Shown piece after piece: positions 1-12,809 of a stretch of 64,000 nt of DNA. Within the stretch, counting starts at the first letter, position 1; every line of letters begins with the position of its first letter. Below the pieces are notes generated by a model. It searched no databases. It worked only from the letters and a program-made list of their open reading frames with translations, and had not been told where the DNA came from. The translations under genes were made by a program, and so were the position numbers. Origin of the DNA: Octopus vulgaris (lineage: Eukaryota); contig OX597814.1 of assembly GCA_951406725.2 (NCBI GenBank), positions 111,910,001 through 111,974,000 on the forward strand. The letters are read 5' to 3'.

Positions 1-114
1 AAGGCTTTGGTTGGCCTGAGGCTATAGTAGAAGACACTTGCCCAAGGTGTCATGCAGTGGGACTGAACCCGGAACCATGTGGTTGGTAAGCAAGCTACTT
101 ACCACACAGCTACT

Positions 115-482
115 CATTTGACTGAGGCCATGCTGCAGCACCGCCTTGAAGGTTTTTAAGCGAACAAATCGCCCCCAGGACCTTTTTTAAAGCCTAGTAA
201 TTCTCTGTCTTTCTCTTTCGACGAACCGCTAAATTATGGGGACGTGAATACATCAACACCGGTTGTCAAGCTGTAGTGAGGAGACAAACATAGATACAAA
301 GACACACCCATTCACACACACAGCGGGCTTCTTTCAGTTTCCGTCTACCAAATCCTCTCACAAGACTTTGGTCGATCCGAGGCTATGGTAGAAGACAAAT
401 GCCCATGGTGTCACGTAGTGGGACTGAACCCGGAACAATGTGGTTGAGAAAGAAGCTTTTTACCACACAGCTACGCCCGCGC
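115..482 (-). mobile_element. tRNA-derived CORE-like SINE (family A); a second partial copy lies at 1-113
   Basis: Minus strand reads tRNA-like head (GCTGTGTGGT...GGTTCAGTCCCAC), CORE-like TGGGCATTTGTCTTC, internal CA/TG repeat and 3' tail GGCGGTGCTGCAGCATGGCC. More than 15 homologous copies are in the window. Confidence 0.85.
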
Positions 483-3400
483 ATAAACATGCACACACAC
501 ACACATGTATGTATGTATATGCATATATATACGCCTATTTATGCATATATACTTACACACACACATGTATACACACACACACAGATAAACACAGGCAAAA
601 GTGCACGCTTAGACTTGTAGTTAAGTTCTTTGCTTCGCAACACCAGTGTTTCGGTTTCGATACTAATGCAACCTCGGATTAACCAATTCCTTATAAGTTG
701 AATTTGTTAGACAAAAATTCTAGCGGAGCTATTCGCGCGCGCGTGTGAGTGTGAGTGTGCGAGTGTGTGAGTGTGTTTGTATGTTCTTGTTTGTGTGTTT
801 ATGTGTATGTATAATGATAGTGGTGGTGGTGATGGTGGTGGTGGTAGTGGTGGCGGTTGCGGTCTCTCCAACAATGATATCGATGACGTATAATTCAGAC
901 AGGAATTGGCACTAAAATGAAAGAAGCTTTCAAAACTTCATCCAACATCACTTACCATCCAACCAGGCAGCCAACCAAACACCACCACCACCACCACCAC
1001 AAACAAACAAACAACAGTGATAGAAAATAACAGAATAAAGTGAACAAGGGTGGGGAGTGTCTGTTGGGATGTATGGAAGGCCAATGGATGCTGGATTGTA
1101 AGTATAAAAGGGCGGAGGTGGTGGGCGAGGTTGGAGGTCCCCTCCCTAAAGTAGATGATTGATGGATGAAGTTCCGTTTGGTAAATAACTGGATAAACAA
1201 GGAGTACAAGCATCGCACGCACCCATACAGGTACTCTTACTTATACTCACTCACACACATACACACACACACATTACACACAAACTTACACTGTCAGGGT
1301 ACGTATATTCTCACATACATCCACAAACATATTACACACACACAAACACACAGACATATATCCAGACACACATACACACAAACATATACTGTCAGGGTAC
1401 GTATACTCTTGCGTATACACATAGATATATACATACATCTATACATATATACACCCACTTGCATACACATGTATTTGCACTTACACACACATACACACAT
1501 GCACACACGACACGCAGACACACTTAGGCATACACACACACACACATAGCGTCATTACACACGCGCAAATATTACACTTATGTACACACAAGCACTAACA
1601 CACACACACTTCTGCACAATCAAGCACATATACACACACATATAAACACGTGCATTCACAAGCACATTTATGCACATACACACGCGCACATCTACAAATA
1701 AACACACACAATCACACACACAAGCACACACATGCACGCATACATACTTACATTGGTATAAAGAACATCATATTTGACAGACAAGTCGATGTTACCACTA
1801 ACACATGACCACCACTCCCAATAATTGTCTGTCTGCTATGTGTATGTGTGTGTGCGTGTGTGGTGTGTCTTCCGCTTTAATGTCTCTTCAGGCACAACGT
1901 GCTGCAACGACCAATAATCTTTTTCTGTTGGATTCGGTCTTCTTAATATAATTTCGTTACTTTTTTTTCTTTTTTTACCGAGGAGAAAATATAACAGCGC
2001 TAAAAACAACAACAACAACAACAACCATATAACAAATAAACAGAAACAAAAAAAATAAACATTACATAAGCCCCCATCAATAGCCACAACAAGGCAGCAG
2101 CAATAACAACAACAACACCAAGCTGCACCAAAATAATTTCAACAATAAACAGCAAAAAATAATAATTACAATAACAAACAACAACAATAAACGAAGATTG
2201 CATCAGCACCATCGCTAGCTACAACAACAATAAAATGGACAACAACAACAACAGCAGAAGCAGCAAACATTGGATCAGCACAATCACTAGGCACAACAGC
2301 AACAGCAAACTGTAATAACAGCAGCAACAACAACAACAACAGCAAACAAACATTACATCACCACCACCACCGCCACCATCACACCCACTGCCACCATCAC
2401 AACTATCCCTACCACCACTGTCACAACAACAAACTTCATCACACCACCACCACCACCACCACCATCACTATCTGCACGATCACAACCACGACCATCACCA
2501 CTACCACCACCAACTACAACAACAACAACAACAACAAAAACAACAACAATAATAATAATAATAGTGGCAACAAACAAAATGCATGAGGTTAGTTAAAAAA
2601 CCTTGAATGAAATGCGATCAAGTCAATTAAAGCAATGAAGCGGCGTGATTGGTCGAAAAGAAACGTAATCAGTTAGGCAATTAGCACGTGTTACCACGTG
2701 AAGTAAGATGTTAGTTACATTTCAATACATGTCAATAACTTCGGCGGCCATGTTCTTCTCAATGTAGTTTCTCTGCTCTTTTTACTAATGTACTTTTCGT
2801 GTTACCTATTCAAGCCGTTAGCGAAGCGTTGCCAGCGAACAAATGGCTTATAAAAACAAGCAAGAAATGACGTATGCAAATACGCCGGTCAAACGACTGA
2901 TCACCTTCCTTACCCGTCCGTCACTCCAGTATTCACTTTTAGTAAAAGCCCAGTCACTCCTGCTTTCCTTACTTCCTTACTTCTTTCCTTCTCTTTCCCT
3001 TCTTTATTTCACTCACTTACTCACCCACTAAACTCTGCCATATTGATTGAATAGCCAGGAAGTCGCATGCCGCTGAATCGCGCCTTCCGGTCTGTCAAAC
3101 TACTTAAAATTTCGCCATTGTGCTTTTGTTTTTCACTTTTGCTTCGGCATTGTCTTCGCCTCTCCATCATGGCTCTCTCCCTCCCCCATCTCTGACTGTC
3201 CCTCTCTCGCTCTCTCTCGCTCTCTCTCTCGCTCTCGTTCTTTTTCCAAAGCCATCACTTGAAAAATTTCATTATATTCTGTTAAGGCTTTTCTGACATT
3301 CGCCATTGTGGTTTTTGCCAGGCAGTCAAGCCGCTCATCATGGATACTTGATCTCTCTCTCTCCCAACCTCTCTCTATCTCTACCCATTCCTCTCTAACC

Positions 3401-3559
3401 CTCGTTCTCTCTCTCTTCCTTTCAATTTCTATCTCATTCACAGCATCTCCATCTCTCCTTCTCTCCTTTCAATCCGCTCTCTCTCTCTCTGTCTTTCTTT
3501 TTTCTCCTCTCCAGTTCTTTTCTGGTTTTCATTAGTTTCATTTCATTAACACTGCCAAT

Positions 3560-4380
3560 CGCCAATGCCACCACCACCACCAGCAACAATAACAACACTA
3601 GAACTACTACCAGCACCATTACCATTGCCATCTCACCCTCCACAACCGCTACAACCATCATCACACTTACCGCCACTACCACGACCATCACCACCACAGC
3701 TATCAACCTTAACACCACCACCACCACCACCACCACCACCACCGCCGCCCTACCATCACCACCACAATCGCTCTACCACTACTATCAGCTACACCAGTAA
3801 CACACTACTTCCACAACCATCGTCATTGCCAATACCATCGCAACAACAACAATAACAATACCAGCTTCACAACTGAGGCACAACACTCTCACCACTTGCA
3901 ACAACAGCACTACCACCAGAACAATCATCAAAACCATGACCACCACGAACACCACGATGACCACCACCACATCCACCACAACAAACACCACCACCACCAC
4001 CACTACCACGATAACCACCAACACAACTACAACCACAAACACCACCACCACCACCACCACCACCACCGCCACCACGATGACCACCAACACAACCTCAACC
4101 ACAAACACCACCACTACCATCACCACCCACCACCACCACCTCTACCATCACCACCACCACTACCACTACCATGACCACCAACACCACCACTACCATCACC
4201 ACCATCACTACCACCACGATGACCACCAACAAACACAACCACAACCACCACCATCACCACCACTACCATCACGATGACCACCACCACCACCACCACCACC
4301 ACAACCACCTCCACCGCTACCGCCACCACCGTAGCAACAACTATTACAGCTACACTAGCAACAACAACAAAAATATTTCA
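3560..4380. repeat. Compound (CAC/CAT/CAA)n trinucleotide microsatellite
   Basis: Directly visible; explains the poly-Pro/His/Thr ORFs. Confidence 0.95.
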
Positions 4381-5464
4381 AAGTAAATGGTGAACTGACG
4401 GCCAATGATAACTAAACCAGCGCCTCCCTCCCGCCCGCCCCCGACCCCGTCTTCACTGTCAGCTCCACCTGTATCACTCCTACTTATACACTCACCACAA
4501 CAACAACAACAACACGTACACTCATCACTACAACGCATAAACACACATCTCTAGAATAACACATACACACACAGAACAAGCCCCCCACCACATCCCATAC
4601 ACGCACCACCCACCCGGCACTCGCACCGCCCTTCTACCCGTAACACTTCAGCTTCCCAATACTTTTTTTGTTAGACAATTCATTTTGTAAATGAGTTTTT
4701 CTTTACAAGTGTTTTATAACACCCACTCCTCCCCTACCAACACACCCTTTCTCTCTCCTCCTCCTCATTCCCTCTCTCATTACACCACTGCAACTCTCAC
4801 CCCTTCATTCAAAGACTTCCATTTCATTTCCTTCCCCCTCCCTCTCACACTTTATCTATGCCTCTCTCTTCTCCCTTCTCTCTCACACATGTTCACTCTG
4901 TCTTCTAACAAACCTCTCCATACACAATTACACACCAGTTCATATTTATTATATTTAATCCTTCCATCGCCTCATATATATATCTTAGTGTTCAGCCCCA
5001 TATATTAATCACATGTATTTATACTTGTGTTTTCAGTTCTATGTAAATACATAGACGCATATGCATATACATACACATATCTGTATATGTATTCAAGTAT
5101 GTACGTTTGTTTTAGAACGAAAACTGAACGGAGAAAAGCAGAAGAGAGAAAGTGCTCAATACGATATATATATATATGTGTGTTATTCAAAGGAGTTCCA
5201 ACTCTGTTTTTTTAATGTTTTATTTATATTCTTTATAATATTAATGTAGGATATAGAATATATGATATATATAGTATATATAGTAAAATGAAATGAAGTA
5301 TTGATTATCTTATTGAATACATGAAATATTGAATATCAAATATTAAGGAACTAGTATACTTTCTTGCACTTAAGCAGTCTTCAAGGTAACAGGTTGTGAC
5401 AGGAATGTTTCAACTGTATATATATACTCTCTTTTTATTCTCTCTCTGTTTATTTCCTTGTGAT

Positions 5465-5502
5465 CCTTTCTGCTGAAGAGCGTAGGTTCGAAACGTAAAA
5501 GA
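5465..5502 (+). ncRNA. Minimal type I hammerhead-like motif (core variant) in a Penelope-like repeat fragment
   Basis: CCTTT-CTGCTGA-A-GAGC gtag GTTC-GAAA-CG-TA-AAAGA: helix I, helix II and palindromic ACGT helix III. The core differs from CUGANGA at position 6. Confidence 0.6.
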
Positions 5503-5564
5503 CTTTCTCACCTTCCCGAGCGTCAAACTAATACACTTGCTTGTTGTTAATACACATGTCTTTA

Positions 5565-5651
<87 letters not shown>

Positions 5652-6169
5652 CAAAATTATACAAAAAAAGGCTGAGACATGAAAGAACAAACAACAAAGT
5701 GTATAAGTTTGACGCACAATAAAAATGGAGGAGTCTGATGTTTCGAGCCTAAACTCTTTTACAGAAAAGAAAGAGGAAAAAACATTGATGAAGGGAGGAT
5801 AAAAACGGGGGTGCAGGAAATGTGTCCGGATTATATATATATATTTTCTCGACTGGATGGGGCCTCGGAACGAAGAGATCTCGAGGCAGGTGGCATCATG
5901 CGATGTCGAATAAAAGATTTTATTTCATATTGCCCAGCGATCATTTCGTTATCTGACGTGTGGTACAGTTGTGCACCTGTATAGGCAATGCCGATTCGAT
6001 GAAGGGGTGAGCTTATGTACAACACAAGCATTTGATTAGTATAAATATATTATCCGTGCGGTTGTTTGGTAAGACATTGTAGAACCTTTATCTATTTTCT
6101 AACGACGGGAAAGTTCATGTTATAATGTTGTGTTGACATAAATTTTCGTACATTTTATTATCAATTTTG

Positions 6170-6205
<36 letters not shown>

Positions 6206-6387
6206 ATCCTCCCAAGATCAATTTTGCCTTTCATCTTGCTGGAGGTCAATAAAATAAAGTACCAGTAAAGTACTGGGGTTGGTTTAATTGATTAGCCTTT
6301 CCCCTTCCGCCCACAAATTCCTGACCATGTGTCTATATTAGAAGTAATAATTATTATTAAGGTGGCAAACTGGCAGAATCATTAGTG

Positions 6388-6424
6388 TGTTTCCGACGAA
6401 GAGCTCCGCTCGAAACGTCATACC
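6388..6424 (+). ncRNA. Minimal hammerhead-like motif (U4C core variant)
   Basis: CCGACGA-A-GAGC tcc GCTC-GAAA-CG-TC. Helix I is poor because the element is truncated against a SINE head; the element runs to (TA)n at ~6516. Confidence 0.5.
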
Positions 6425-6539
6425 TCCCTGCTTCCATTTCCTGAGCGCCTATTAATAATAATACTGTAATTGTTCCATTGTTGTTGTTTTTTTGTTTCCC
6501 GTTTGGATTAAAATTATATATATATATATATATATATAC

Positions 6540-6726
6540 AGGAGTAAGGATATAAATGTGAAACAAGGTGGAAGAAAAGAGTACTCAAATACCAGAGGTA
6601 GAGTAATATGCTTTATTTAAAAGTAGCAGAAATATAAAAACTGCTACTCAGAGTTTCACGTTCCCATTCGTGAAACTCTGAGTAACAGTTTTTGTGATAT
6701 TTCTGCTGCTTTTAAATAAAGTATAT
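6540..6726. mobile_element. Head-to-head inverted (foldback) Penelope-like fragment in (TA)n
   Basis: Imperfect inverted arms ~6607-6660 and 6669-6726, both outer ends at TA repeats. The arms contain GAAA-CTC-T-GAG-TA (HHR helix III half). Confidence 0.65.
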
Positions 6727-6804
6727 ATATGTGTGTGTCTGTATGTGTGTGTGTGTGTGTGTTTGTGTGTGTGTGTATGTGTGTGTGTGTATTATGTATA
6801 TATA

Positions 6805-6987
6805 TATTTTTATTTGTTTCAGTCATGTTGACTTCGGCCCTGCTGGAGCATCGCCTTTAGTCGAACATATCGACCCCCAAGACTTTTTCTTTGTAAGCTT
6901 AGCACTTATTCTAACTTTCAGTGACGAAAACACACCAGCATCAGCTGTCAAGCGATGGTAGGGGGACAAATACAGGCACACATACAC

Positions 6988-7040
<53 letters not shown>

Positions 7041-7216
7041 TATACATATATACGATGGGCTTCTTTCATTTGCCATCTAACAAATCCACTCACAAAGCTT
7101 CGGTTGGCCCGAGGCTATAGTAGAAGACACTTGCCCAAGGTTCCACGCAGCGGGACTGAACCCGGAACCAAGTGGTTGGTAAGCAAGATTTTTACCACAC
7201 AGCCACTCCTGTGCCT
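6805..7216 (-). mobile_element. SINE family A; its head portion is duplicated at ~7700-7876
   Basis: Same head, body and tail motifs as 115-482. Confidence 0.85.
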
Positions 7217-7217
7217 A

Positions 7218-7602
<385 letters not shown>

Positions 7603-7608
7603 ACTTAC

Positions 7609-7701
<93 letters not shown>

Positions 7702-7880
7702 CATATACATATATACGATGGGCTTCTTTCATTTGCCATCTAACAAATCCACTCACAAAGCTTCGGTTGGCCCGAGGCTATAGTAGAAGACACTTGCCCA
7801 AGGTTCCACGCAGCGGGACTGAACCCGGAACCAAGTGGTTGGTAAGCAAGATTTTTACCACACAGCCACTCCTGTGCCTA

Positions 7881-7974
<94 letters not shown>

Positions 7975-8142
7975 GCGGGATCAGCCATCTGAATGTGGCT
8001 AGGGACAGGGCGGGGTGGTGTTGGTGTTACTGATGCATTTAGCCCCAGGCGACTATAGACGTCACCAGAAGAGCCGACACCATCACGGTGTCCTTGCTAG
8101 CCTGTAAAGGGAGATCAGCCTCCCCGAAGATACGGATGCTAC

Positions 8143-8182
8143 ACACGGACCGGTTTCGAGGTGGTCGCCTCTCGTCAGCGCA
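8143..8182 (-). ncRNA. Type I hammerhead ribozyme (inverted copy)
   Basis: Exact reverse complement of 8582-8622. Confidence 0.88.
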
Positions 8183-8581
8183 TGGCAAGCACCGTTCTTC
8201 GTTGAGGACTTCCTCTACAGGCTAGAAATATATAGATTTTCACAGTAAACACAGTCACTGGCGTCGAAAATCTGTTCGATAACAATAATAAATCTCTAAG
8301 CGAGGTATAAACAGTAACTGCTCTGTATCGGCTCTTCTGGTGACGTCTATAGTCGCCTGGGGCTAAATGCATCAGTAACACCCCCACCACCCCGCCCTGT
8401 CCCTAGCCACATTCAGATGGCTGATCCCGCTTATATTACAGAGCAGTTACTGTTTATACCTCGCTTAGAGATTTATTATTGTTATCGAACAGATTTTCGA
8501 CGCCAGTGACTGTGTTTACTGTGAAAATCTATATATTTCTAGCCTGTAGAGGAAGTCCCTCAACGAAGAACGGTGCTTGCC

Positions 8582-8622
8582 ATGCGCTGACGAGAGGCGA
8601 CCACCTCGAAACCGGTCCGTGT
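8582..8622 (+). ncRNA. Type I hammerhead ribozyme
   Basis: ATGCG-CTGACGA-GAGG cgacca CCTC-GAAA-CCGG-TC-CGTGT: intact CUGANGA/GAAA core, 4-bp helix II, palindromic ACCGGT helix III, GUC cleavage triplet, helix I AUGCG/CGUGU that extends into a long stem. Confidence 0.9.
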
Positions 8623-8839
8623 GTAGCATCCGTATCTTCGGGGAGGCTGATCTCCCTTTACAGGCTAGCAAGGACACCGTGATGGTGTCGGCTCTTCTGG
8701 TGACGTCTATAGTCGCCTGGGGCTAAATGCATCAGTAACACCCCCACCACCCCGCCCTGTCCCTAGCCACATTCAGATGGCTGATCCCGCTTATATTACT
8801 GAGCAGTTACTGTTTATACCTCGCTTAGAGATTTATTAT

Positions 8840-8937
<98 letters not shown>

Positions 8938-9810
8938 CCCCTCTTTTCTATCTGGAATGAGGACCCAGTACTGTAGTAGCTTAGGTTTCAAGAGTCCACA
9001 TTATTTCAATATTCTGCTAGAGATCTGCGAAGTGTCAACGTGGAGGTATTCAATGAATGGTTGAGCCTATTTTTATTTGAGATACCGAGTGAATCCACAG
9101 CGCGACAAGAGACTCAAACGAAGAAGAGCAGCTCCGTCCAACTCCTTACTTCACCAGAAACGATTCATGAGAGGTGCCTATAATTTTTTGAGTGCAAAGA
9201 ATACGAGAGGAACATTTGGAGACCTGTTACAACTATAAAAACTGTTATCAGTTTGACCCTGTAATGGCCCTAGGTTTGGATTTCGTATGAAGAATACTAG
9301 ACCTTAAATTAGGCCAGAGTATATTTTTAACCACTAGCCTTAGGTGGATTAGGAATTAATGAGTTTCAAAGATATTGCGTACAATTACTGGTTTACTAAT
9401 TACGTGTCTGCCAGCTCGCCGCGGTCGAGATTAATAACCAGATGAACGTAACTGGGTGCAACTGCAAATGTGAGATGGCTATGCAGCAGAAACGTGCGTC
9501 GGACACATTTAGATCAAATATGTTATGTAACTGACTATAGAAATTAAAAAATATGCAGATGTATTTATCTCCGTATTCTTGGATAGGCACTCGGTAAAAT
9601 ATTTATAATCAAGAGAAGCGAATCCAGGATTTTACCCATAGGATGAAGTACATTGGGATTGCTTACCTCGAGTGCTACTTACCAATCAATGCGGTTAGCC
9701 ATAACTTGGGTTATAACTGAGTGCTCGAATGGCACCCATCTGAGTACTTTATCCCTATCTATTCTCTCTCTCTCTTCCTCCCCTTCTCTCTTACACACAC
9801 ACACATACAC

Positions 9811-9846
<36 letters not shown>

Positions 9847-10632
9847 ACATACACACACACACACACACACACGCACATATATTCACACACAGACACTCGA
9901 TTAAAGGACAGCTGGAAACTTAAAAGCGCGAGATGTAATCTAAGATTTGTTTAGTCGACTGGAGACGTTTTTGCAGTAAATGTCAGCTACCTCATTAACT
10001 ATTACCAGCTAATTACTCGAAACTAATTTGGAAAGTGGAAAGCGAAAAACTGGACTCTCCATTTTCCATTGTACCATAACTTCAATAATTGATTCGATAT
10101 GATTATGGTTCTGTGATGATCCTAGAGGAGTGCATCGAGTTATGTTATATAACATAGCCTTGATGTTGACATACACACCTGATATTCAGTTGAGGGGTGG
10201 TTTTCCGTCGGTTTCCACGACGAGAATTCAACTTTTTGATCAACCGAATTATCTGCTCCAGAATTAACATGTAAGTGGCTCAGCATTCTTCAGATATTCG
10301 AACCCTTAGCCCTTTGCCTTTCTAAAGCATTTTTATAAGTTTGTCCTAAACGTCCAGGCTTGTTTCCAGGCTTTTAGTTAGTTCTCATTTTTATACATTC
10401 TGAGAAATCTAAAGCTCTCCTTCCATAAGTCCCAAATTACTCAGTGGGTTGGAAAAAAAATCTGGGGATGTGTGCCACCAGCCCAGTAGTCAGAATGGTG
10501 CAAAACTTGTACAGAGTTAGATCGTCTTAGATGGATTGTTAAATAGCGGAGGGGCCTCGTCTGAGCTGGGTGCGTCGAGATGACATTGAGTGATCTTCCG
10601 GAGGCAATCAGGAATAACCTGCCTATGGTTAA

Positions 10633-10696
10633 AGAAGAAGAAGAAGAAGAAGAAGAAGAAGAAGAAGAAGAAGAAGAAGAAGAAGAAGAAGAAGAA

Positions 10697-10743
<47 letters not shown>

Positions 10744-10831
10744 AGAAGAAGAAGAAGAAGAAGAAGAAGAAGAAGAAGAAGAAGAAGAAGAAGAAGAAGA
10801 AGAAGAAGAAGAAGAAGAAGAAGAAGAAGAG
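10633..10831. repeat. Near-pure (GAA)n tract, ~200 bp
   Basis: Directly visible, one GAG interruption. Confidence 0.97.
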
Positions 10832-11232
10832 GACAACAACAGCGTTACTTCCCTTCACCAATTTTCTTGATTCTTGATCTGTTGGAAAGTCTGTGATAAT
10901 ATTTTAGAAAGACATGAAGCAGCCTGGGTCAGAGAGGACATGTCCTTAATGAGGGCACGAGTGGCGACGAAAAGATTTCGACAAACATAGCTGATCGATT
11001 GATTGACCGAACGATTTATTGAACAAATGATTAGTTAATTGGTCAAATAGCAAACCAATTAACTAAAATAATAATAAGAAATTGAAATAGAACCCGTGGG
11101 CGTGTTTATTATTAGTAGGATGATCCTCCTGAGAAACAGCTAAAAAGGCCTAATAATTATACTGTAGCGTTAATAAATGGTCAATGGCATTCGTGTTACT
11201 TTGCCAAAATGAGATTAGTGATGGCTTGGCAC

Positions 11233-11328
11233 TTGGCAGATCTCTAGCAGAACGTTGAAACGTTGTGGACCCTTTGCAACCTAAGTTATTACAGTACTGG
11301 GTCCTCTTTCCAGATAGAGAAGATGGGA
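11233..11328 (-). pseudogene. CR1-group LINE 3' fragment (same subfamily as 7385-7602)
   Basis: Reverse complement TCCCATCTTCTCTATCTGGAAAGAGGACCCAGTACTGTAATAACTTAGG matches 7385 onward. Confidence 0.75.
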
Positions 11329-11382
11329 TATATATATATATATATATATTGCTTTTTTTCGTAAAATCTCCCTATATATATA

Positions 11383-11445
<63 letters not shown>

Positions 11446-11504
11446 GCACATGGCCTTGTGGTTAGAGCAGCGGACTCTACTTATTATTTTAGAATTAGTA
11501 CGTA

Positions 11505-11780
11505 TTCCATCGATTCGTACACCGAACCGCTAAGTTATGCCGGCATAAACAAACCACTACCGATTGTCGATCGGTGGTGGGAGACAAACAAAACACACAC
11601 ACATACGCACATGTATATGATGGGCTTCTTTTAGTTTCCGTGTACTATATCCACTCACAAGGCTTTGGTCGGCCCACAACTTTAAAAGAAGGCACTTGCC
11701 CAAGATGCCATGCAACGAGAGTGAACTCGGAACCATGTGGTTGGAAAGCAACATTCTTACTACACAGCCACGTCTGCACC
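11505..11780 (-). mobile_element. SINE family A (degenerate)
   Basis: GAACCGCTAAGTTA, GGGCTTCTTTTAGTTTCCG, CACTTGCCCAAG and GGAACCATGTGGTTGG motifs. Confidence 0.8.
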
Positions 11781-12097
11781 CGCTCGGAATTTCTAAATAT
11801 TCTAAACACTTTGGTGTTGGTTGACTGTCTTAATAAAATGTCTAAGATGAGTTGCTGCCAACAAGATTATAAGTTTTCACCCTGTTGCTCTCATCTCTTC
11901 CGATGAAATAAATATTAGAAAGGAAAAAAAGAAAAAAAAAATGTTTCATCTCCGAAGATGGAAGTTAATAGTCCGAAACATTACAGTCTTATTAATAAAC
12001 AGCTTGTTTCAGACGTTCAGATATTTAATCAGCTATCGGTACGGATCCGAAGCTTGTCGGCTATGTTGGCACTTCGAGATGTTTATCTATCTATCTA

Positions 12098-12191
<94 letters not shown>

Positions 12192-12199
12192 TTAACTAC

Positions 12200-12265
<66 letters not shown>

Positions 12266-12331
12266 GTCTATCTGTCTGTCTGTCTGTCTGTCTTTCTGTC
12301 TGTCTGTCTTTCTGTCTGTCTGTCTGTCTAT

Positions 12332-12380
<49 letters not shown>

Positions 12381-12460
12381 TATGCTTGTGTGTGTAAATA
12401 TATCTATATATATTATATATGTACGTGTGCATATATGTATGTATGTATCTATATGCATAT

Positions 12461-12504
<44 letters not shown>

Positions 12505-12522
12505 GTGTGTATATATATATAT

Positions 12523-12563
<41 letters not shown>

Positions 12564-12719
12564 AATGCTTACATGCATACATACATACATATATATATTA
12601 TATATGTATGCATACGTATATATTTTTATGTATGTATGTATCTATGTATGTATGTACTATCTGTCTGTCTGTGTATGTATGTATGTATGTATGTATGTAT
12701 GTATGTATGTATGTATCTA

Positions 12720-12809
<90 letters not shown>

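Larger units (their letters stand above)
7970..8840. mobile_element. Retrozyme-like non-autonomous element: 360-nt HHR-bearing monomer, 1.4 tandem copies plus one inverted monomer, inserted in (TA)n
   Basis: 8328-8480 recurs at 8688-8840 (period exactly 360). 7970-8327 is the reverse complement of 8437-8795 with about 3 differences. Each full monomer contains a canonical HHR, and (TA)n flanks both sides. Confidence 0.85.

Noticed and set aside
5345-5400. Possible minus-strand hammerhead TTGAAGA-CTGC..GCAA-GAAA-GTATAC-TA
   Set aside because: Palindromic helix III is suggestive, but helix I does not pair and C3 is altered; too degenerate to call.
8328-8687. Endless ORF or ambisense ribozyme pair in the 360-nt monomer (length divisible by 3, as in zeta-like circular RNAs)
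   Set aside because: Manual translation finds stop codons in all six frames, and no second ribozyme core was found on the opposite polarity of the monomer.
10580-10870. Poly-glutamate protein exon
   Set aside because: Pure GAA tract with no supported splice context or codon variation.
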